From Antedon mediterranea (Eukaryota; Animalia; Echinodermata): a DNA stretch of 64,000 bases. Within the stretch, counting starts at the first letter, position 1, and each line of letters opens with the position of its first letter. The notes under the pieces were generated by a model that did no database searches, was not told the DNA's origin, and saw only the letters and a list, made by a program, of their open reading frames with translations. The position numbers were made by a program, and so were the translations under genes. The stretch is taken from positions 24,490,001-24,554,000 of the forward strand of contig NC_092674.1 in assembly GCF_964355755.1 (NCBI RefSeq). Direction: 5' to 3'. Below, one piece after another: positions 13,672 through 64,000 of this stretch.

Positions 13672-13685
13672 ATATCTATGGTAAC
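13672..13685. promoter_or_regulatory. RFX X-box-like motif about 150 bp upstream of the sGC ATG
   Basis: ATATCTATGGTAAC matches the degenerate consensus RTHNYYWTRRNRAC at all 14 positions. Confidence 0.3.
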
Positions 13686-13836
13686 GAGAATCACCGCAGA
13701 AAGAATCAAGTGAGATATGAGGAAGATGTGTTTAGTTGAGTTTCGAACGACTCTGCTTTCCCATGGATTTAACTATGCGTATTTGATTCGGAATTAGTTA
13801 CGTTTTTTGTTTGGAATCAAGAGAAATTGAACGAAA

Positions 13837-57429
<43,593 letters not shown>

Positions 57430-60391
57430 ACACTCCTCGTCTTATAGGTTTACCAAAAAATGTTAATAACCGGTTTTTTTATTCGTTAAATTATGGGAAT
57501 TAAACTGTACATCCGTGTATAGTATTTTGTATTTGGTTCACAAAAATTGTCAGTTAGGGGTTCAGAGGAATTGTCAGTTAGGTGTTCACGAGAATTGTCT
57601 GTTAGGGGTTCTCAAGAATTGTCAGTTAGGAAATATCATTTAGACGACAAAGGAAAACAGGCAGACGCCAAGACACGCTAATTTTTACAAATGATCGATC
57701 GTTTTCCCGAAACGAAATCTCATGGCTACCCTAAGAACGTTATGTTATTTCCTGAAATTTACATAAAATTTAAATTATTAATGTAGAAGATCTATTATAG
57801 GTAATACATTTTGTACAGTTTTACAGTGGACTTAACGTATTCCTGGAATAGGCCCTAACACTCCTCTCCTCGTCTTTTTTTAATGTTGTTCTAATGGGTT
57901 GTGATTGCACTTGAGTAACTAAAAGAATGATTATTTACCACATAAGTTCAGTCATACATCACACTGTAGGAAAGATTCTTGTGCGTCCGTAACGCTTAAA
58001 TAGATGTTCTACATACCTAATTGTAAGCCTAACTAACTCAAACCTCTTTTACACTCTATACTGTGATTCATTATTTTATTTCTTTTTTTATTAGATTTAT
58101 AACGACTACGATAAGGTTCCAATTGACACTAGTTAATAATATGTTTTCTTATCTTCATTTTGTATTGATTGCAATAGGCTGTTTCATAAATTAAATTATA
58201 AAAATAAATATAATTGTACGAGTTACTTGTTATATATTAGATATTTTAAATATTACATTTATTCAATTCAATTCAACTTTTATTTCAGACAATTGTATTA
58301 TGCTATGAATGTTATACATGTAATCCAGTATAATTAGTGCGTATCATTTTATAAGACAATATTGCACAATTTTTAGATTTGTAAATATGTAATATAATTG
58401 GATTTAAAAAGACACGATGATATAATATCAAAACAATGTGACTGACAGACCAACTAACATACTTGGACATAGACCGACGAAACGAAAACAACATCTAAAA
58501 GTGTACAATTCTAAAAGTGTACAATAAACAACATATTATTATAAGCATCTGTATTTATGTAGGTCCAGTAAATTTTACCGAAACAATCGGTATAAAGTCC
58601 AATCAGGTTATAGTTAGATATCTTTGACATAAAAGCTGTTTATTTAAAGTATAATTTGTATATAGATATAGTTTTAACTTATGTGTAAGCCTTTATTTTG
58701 AATAGGCGTACAGCAAACGTGGAGTCGGTGGAATATCCGTTATTTGTGCGTGTTTTGTGGCAAATTGTTTAAGGCCTCTGGTAACATTCCAAATTCTGTA
58801 TTATATTATTACGTATTATAAATTATGTAACTATTTCACAACAGTGTAGTTACATTGTGTGAGACTTGAATGAAATCTTTGAAGCAATGTATAAACACAT
58901 AATTATACGTGCATATAACTTTCAAATTATTGCATTGTTATGCAGTACGTTCGGGTACATTTAATATCCCGTCATGTAACCGAAAGTCAACAGGTATAAT
59001 GGTTTTTCCTCACTACACCACATCACTTATTCCTTTGGTATTGCAGAATGTGGTGTGGGTTGTATGTGAGTATGTGCTCCTGTACAGCAATTGGGGGTTA
59101 CTAAGGCTGTCCAGTGTTTAGTTCATTTATTTCAATATCACAACCTGAGAGTTAATTACTATTTGCACGCTGGTTGAATGTTACTGACGTGGTATTGTAC
59201 GGTATACGATGAAAACGTATCACTAACTTACCGAAGTAAGTATAAGCACTGGTCCTTATAGTTCAGTTTACGATTCTGAAAAAGTCAGAAATAAATAAAT
59301 GTAATAGTACTTCTATTCACTATTTTGGTACAGTACCGTGTATTTTTAAAATTATCTAACTACACATTGAACTTTGTTTATTTAGTTTCGCGATCGTAAA
59401 ATATTCCGTCGTTTAGAAAAACTTTAAACATTCTGCCGTGATATCAATCCAAACTTCTACGCACGCGCAATGTGTTTAAAAAGATGAATAACATATTCAT
59501 GGTAAGCCTAGAGTCTCCATTATTCGATAACTACTAACTAACATATAATTTCTGTTTGGTTTGTATTCCTATTTGATTTATATAGTTTTTCATCCGTAAA
59601 ATAAAGGAAAACCCTCTTCTTAAATATAATAATCGCACTACAAATTAATTATCAATATCTGAGATTTGTTATGTGATTTTATTTTGCTAATACTAAATAA
59701 AGCCACCCAGAAAACCTAGTGTATTTTTTGCTGAATCTAAATTGTTTAATTTGACCCAAAAATATAAGTATCTTGTCTTATTTAGAAATAAAGAAACCAC
59801 GTATGAACACCATCACCTTGTAATAGTTATGTTATATACTGTTTTAGTATTTTCCAGTACCGCAGCGGAAAAAAAGGACAATTTTCTACATTTCGGTTAA
59901 ATCAACAACTTGTCATTAATTAGGCCTACTAAATTAGTAGATTAAAAACAATCATATTAATATGTAAGACTCTCTACCTTAATGTAAAGGTAATTATCCA
60001 TATTGAACTTTATTCAGAATTGTTTGCAAATGATGTCCTCGTTGACTTTACCGTTGTAAAATCTCTTTGCTTGACCTAATTTGTACGCATCTCCGCCGTT
60101 GTCTTGTTTTATTTCCGTACATCGCACTTTCCTATCCATTTTCCTGTTCAGACAGTTTGCACAAGTCTACTGTTAATCAGGCCTTAAAATATCCATTCAA
60201 ATAAGTAAATAACCTAAAATTCTATAAAAACGTTTAGTATACCGCTAATAGCAGATGTATGTGGAGTAAACTCTCAAAGTCGTAGAGACGAACCTAGCAA
60301 CATGCATATTCCATCGCACGCTAACCAATTCAGAATCAATCCACTGTTTATAAATTTCAAGAACGCCACTTAATTTCGTTAAGCAGAAATT

Positions 60392-60515
60392 AGAGGTCAT
60401 TATAAAAAATCCCATAAAGGAAGAAATTTACTAACAAATTACTATTTAACGATACGGCTCAAAGAGGAACGGTCATCGTATTGGTTACTCTTGGTTAAGT
60501 CTTTTATCAGTAAGT
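60392..60515 (+). promoter_or_regulatory. Candidate core promoter and non-coding exon 1 of the prohormone gene
   Basis: TATAAAA at 60401-60407 preceded by AGGTCA; donor gtaagt at 60510-60515 could splice to the acceptor at 60874. Confidence 0.4.
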
Positions 60516-60816
60516 ATATCAGTTTATTGAACTTATGTAAAATTAATGTTGTTTCGAAGTCAGCAACAAAAAAATTAAATTAGACTTTATTTAAACAATA
60601 AAAAACAGTTATTTTTATTGTAACTTTACTGTAGGTCTACTAATCATTCATTTATTTTTCATATTATAGGTAAAGTCATAACTATAAATTGGTGGTGTCT
60701 TCAATTTAAGTGATTTAGTTTAGTTTTAGTTTACTCTTTAGTTTTTGGGGGAAAAAATCATTCTTGACCCACGGTATGCCTAATTCATCCTACTACTTGT
60801 AGAAATGTTTTTGTTG

Positions 60817-60824
60817 TGACGTCA
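60817..60824. promoter_or_regulatory. Palindromic CRE (TGACGTCA) just upstream of the first coding exon of the prohormone gene
   Basis: Exact motif. The same 8-mer also occurs near 6380, 10307 and 41383, so function is uncertain. Confidence 0.25.
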
Positions 60825-60884
60825 CAAACAACTGTAGGCTATTATAAATTATATTCAATCTATCTATTTAACAGGGTTCATAAG

Positions 60885-61954
60885 ATGGAGTATAAACGAA
60901 TGGTCACTGTATGTGTTGTCCTTGTCCTTTGTGTATGCGTAAGTAGTGAGCGTGCCGACAACAAAACGCCAGAAGACAAGACACTTCACAAGGAAGGGAT
61001 GAGCATTGTTCAGAAAGTATATAGAATTCTGGAGACGATAACCAATATGGAAAGAAACCAAGAAAGAGAAGCAGAGCGCAAAAAAGAGCAAGATCGCTAC
61101 ACTCCCAAGAGGAAGGGTGGAGAATTTAAAACGCAGGGCTGGAGGAAAAAAAGAAGCACTTTCGGACACAACTTGATGGATATTACATTTATACAGCAGT
61201 TGGACTCTGACGTTAACGAGTTAAAATTGGATGTTAAAGATTTCTTAGAAGATCTTGGAAAGGTAATTCTGTTTAATTTGATTTATTAATTTGTTTTGTA
61301 AAATTTCTGATTGTATATGGACCCACGGAATCTACAGTGCAGCAAAACGTCAGGGCCAAGAACGTCAGGGGCTGAGATGAGAAAGTGAATCGGAGTAGCA
61401 TCTTCCAAAAACACTGGTTTCTAGATATGTAACCAACCAATTGTTAAATCTAGACACTTTACAACAATTTGTTTTCTTTAAAAATAACAAACAACTTGTG
61501 TATTAAAAATTCAGAGAAGCGGAAAATCCACACTAATAATAAATTATTTTAAAAGCATAAATATTATTATATATAATTTGTATTATTAGATTTTATAAAT
61601 AAAGTAATTATTGGTAAGTCTCGAATTTACTGTTGATATACAGAGAATGACATGGCAATAGTAATCACAGGGCACAACTAATCGAATGTACAAGGCGAAT
61701 TTTTTTATTTCATTACATTTTTTAAAATTTCTAATTACTTTGCTAACACTAGTTTTGAAGCTTAAAATGGAACATGCATTTCTTATATCCAAACCATTAT
61801 TTGACTATCAATTTTTACAAACCTTTCTTTTTTTATGCAGTTTAGAGAATTGTTCTTTCATTGGATGCGAACATCGTCCAACAAGTCCCAGATCAAGTTC
61901 GAAAATAGCGATAGCTATGAATTTGATGGAGACGAAGATATATTTACGGGGTAG
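60885..61954 (+). CDS. Putative neuropeptide/prohormone precursor, 163 aa (coding exons 60885-61262 and 61841-61954)
   Basis: Hydrophobic signal-peptide-like N-terminus (MEYKRMVTVCVVLVLCVCVSS); basic cleavage sites RKK, KR(K) and RKKR flanking short peptides; acag acceptor at 60874, AAG|gtaatt donor, strong pyrimidine tract plus gcag acceptor at 61840, in-frame TAG at 61952-61954. Confidence 0.8.
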
Positions 61955-62046
61955 ACACTGCATGATTAGTATCATGATTATTCAATGCTATTGTTTTTTA
62001 AATTTGCCGTTATGCTTTTCTTTATGTTATTTTTATTTTTTAATTA

Positions 62047-62243
62047 GAGTTCAACTCAGACAGCATCGTACGACGAGTTCTCTCGTCGGGGGAAAATTAA
62101 ACGTTTAAAGTTCTCCCGGCGACTTAAAAACTACGCCCGACGCTATCTCATGACGACTCGTCACGTCGACTCGTCACGTCGGGATTCAATGCAAACGAGT
62201 CCAGACGTTTCGTCGGGCCTCGTCGTGCTGTCTGAATTGGCCT
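62047..62243. mobile_element. Harbinger-like MITE downstream of the prohormone stop codon
   Basis: Imperfect TIRs CAACTCAGACAGCA...CGACGAG and CTCGTCGTGCTGTCTGAATTGGCC; CpG-rich relative to its flanks. Confidence 0.55.
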
Positions 62244-63373
62244 TCTATCATTTTACTGTTAGTGCAATAAAAGGTGATTGTTATCAGACGAAAATTATAC
62301 CTTTAAGGTATGCCTTATCTTAAAGCTAATTTGACTTAAGTAAGCAGTCAATGTTAGTGTTTAGCATAGAGTTTCTATATATAATATTAATCTATATTCT
62401 ATTTTGTAATTAAATAATATAATTAACTTCACATATACGTAACGAATAATTATTTATCTCTGCAATAGATCAAATTCGATAAATATGTCACAATGTACAC
62501 AAAAACAACTGGCTTGACCGCTTCAAATATTATACTGTCTGTGTACCATGGTATTACACAGAACATAAAGAAATTAATTAAACGTGATTTTATATGATAA
62601 TGTTAAAGATAAATATATATCAAGGCTTTGTAATTAAAAAATAATCATACCATATTTATAATACATGTTAATTTGTTATTGTCATTTCCAATTTTAACTA
62701 GTTTTTAATAATTGTATTAAATTGTACTTTTTCATAAAACAAACCTTGAGATTAACGAAGTATTTACTATTATATATTTTTAATAAATTTACAGTAGTAA
62801 TTTGTTGTAGTGCTTGTAATTACGAATTTCAGGATAAATTTAACTAAATTGTTTTGAATGAGTAAAATATGTACATTTTATTGTAAGTTACTGACTCTCC
62901 AATGACCCTTGACCTGTTCAAGTTAAGTCTAAACTACAGAAGACATCAAGCAAACCCAATATTCCGAATATCTGTACAAATAAAAAAAATTTAATTTCAC
63001 GAAACAAAACAAAAACACTTTGAATTCTAATTTTTATAGCCTAAATATGATTGGGCTGGGTGATTTGTAAAGCAGTTTTATGACATTAAAACAAAAGATG
63101 TATTTGAATTGTTGGTATAGCATAGATACGACTGGGATGTGATGGGGTGGGGATAGAGTTGTCTATTTGCCAATTTGCTATCATATCAATTATTTTTAGG
63201 TTTTTATCGACGCCAATTGAACGAACACTTTAGGCCAGTATGGTTTTTATACCTATCTTAATTGTCCTAATTTTGTATGTTATTTATGATTTGTACATTA
63301 TTGATCAATTAAATATAGTAGTGAATAAATCTAAGATCTACATTGGTCTGGTATAACAGTAATACATACACAA

Positions 63374-63805
63374 CATTGTTGTTATTTTTTGTTTATTTGG
63401 TGAGGTGAACATTTAAATTATTATACGAATATTTATAACGAGACAAAAAAAAGATGACTTTGATGACGATGACGACGACATTGTTGTTATTTTTTGTTTA
63501 TTTGGTGAGGTGAACATTTAAATTATTGTACGAATATTAATAACGAGACAAAATAAAAAGATGACTATGATGACGATGACGACGACATTGTTGTTATTTT
63601 TTGTTTATTTGGTGAGGTGAACATTTAAATTATTATACGAACATTCATAACGAGACAAAAAAAAGATGACTATGATGACGATGACGACGACATTGTTGTT
63701 TTTTTGTTTTGTTTATTTGGTGAGGTGAAGATTTAAATTATTATACGAACAACGAGACAAATAAAAGATGATTATGATGATGATGACGACGATGATGATG
63801 ATATT
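63374..63805. repeat. About 105-bp tandem repeat x4 ending in (GAT/GAC)n
   Basis: Units start near 63374, 63478, 63585 and 63690 (ACATTGTTGTTATTTTTTGTTTATTTGGTGAGGTGAAC...). Confidence 0.92.
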
Positions 63806-64000
63806 TATGTTGATGGAGGAGGGGAGGAGAATAAAGATGAAGAACATGAAGATGACGATAACGACGATGATGATAATGAGGATTGTTGGATATTCATAAT
63901 CATGATGTCTGAAAAGAAAAAAAAAACGATCGTCTTCTTAATTGTAAAGTTCCAACGTGACAACCGTGTGCTTGAAAAGTGGCTATAAATTTGAATAGTA

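Noticed and set aside
61113-61142. Assignment of KGGEFKTQGW to GnRH/corazonin/AKH or opioid families
   Set aside because: It does not follow the signal peptide, lacks N-terminal Gln and a C-terminal amidation Gly, and has no YGGF; the resemblance is only a few residues.
63760-63890. Asp/Glu-rich coding-looking stretch
   Set aside because: (GAT/GAC)n simple repeat continuing from the 105-bp array, with no start or splice support.

Overview
AT-rich, intron-rich metazoan genomic DNA from an invertebrate. The Deu-domain SINE and repeat types are compatible with an echinoderm-like deuterostome, but the taxon cannot be proven from this window. Most of the window is one + strand gene, 13837-57429, with 13 coding exons giving about 790 aa. 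It encodes a soluble guanylyl cyclase beta-2-like subunit (H-NOX, PAS/H-NOBA, coiled coil, class III cyclase) ending in a CAAX prenylation box (CAII*). About 3 kb downstream on the same strand is a small gene, with two coding exons and a probable non-coding first exon, for a 163-aa secreted prohormone-like protein (KR-KGGEFKTQGW-RKKR) that I cannot assign to a known family. Introns and flanks hold PIF/Harbinger-type and Kolobok-type MITEs, Helentron/DINE-like elements, tRNA-derived SINEs, truncated RTE and L2/Crack LINEs, and minisatellites, two of which arose inside MITEs. The palindrome TAGGCCTA is strongly over-represented and appears as a 6-bp insertion polymorphism at TA sites between tandem-repeat copies, suggesting transposon excision footprints. 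All exon boundaries and counts were read by eye.
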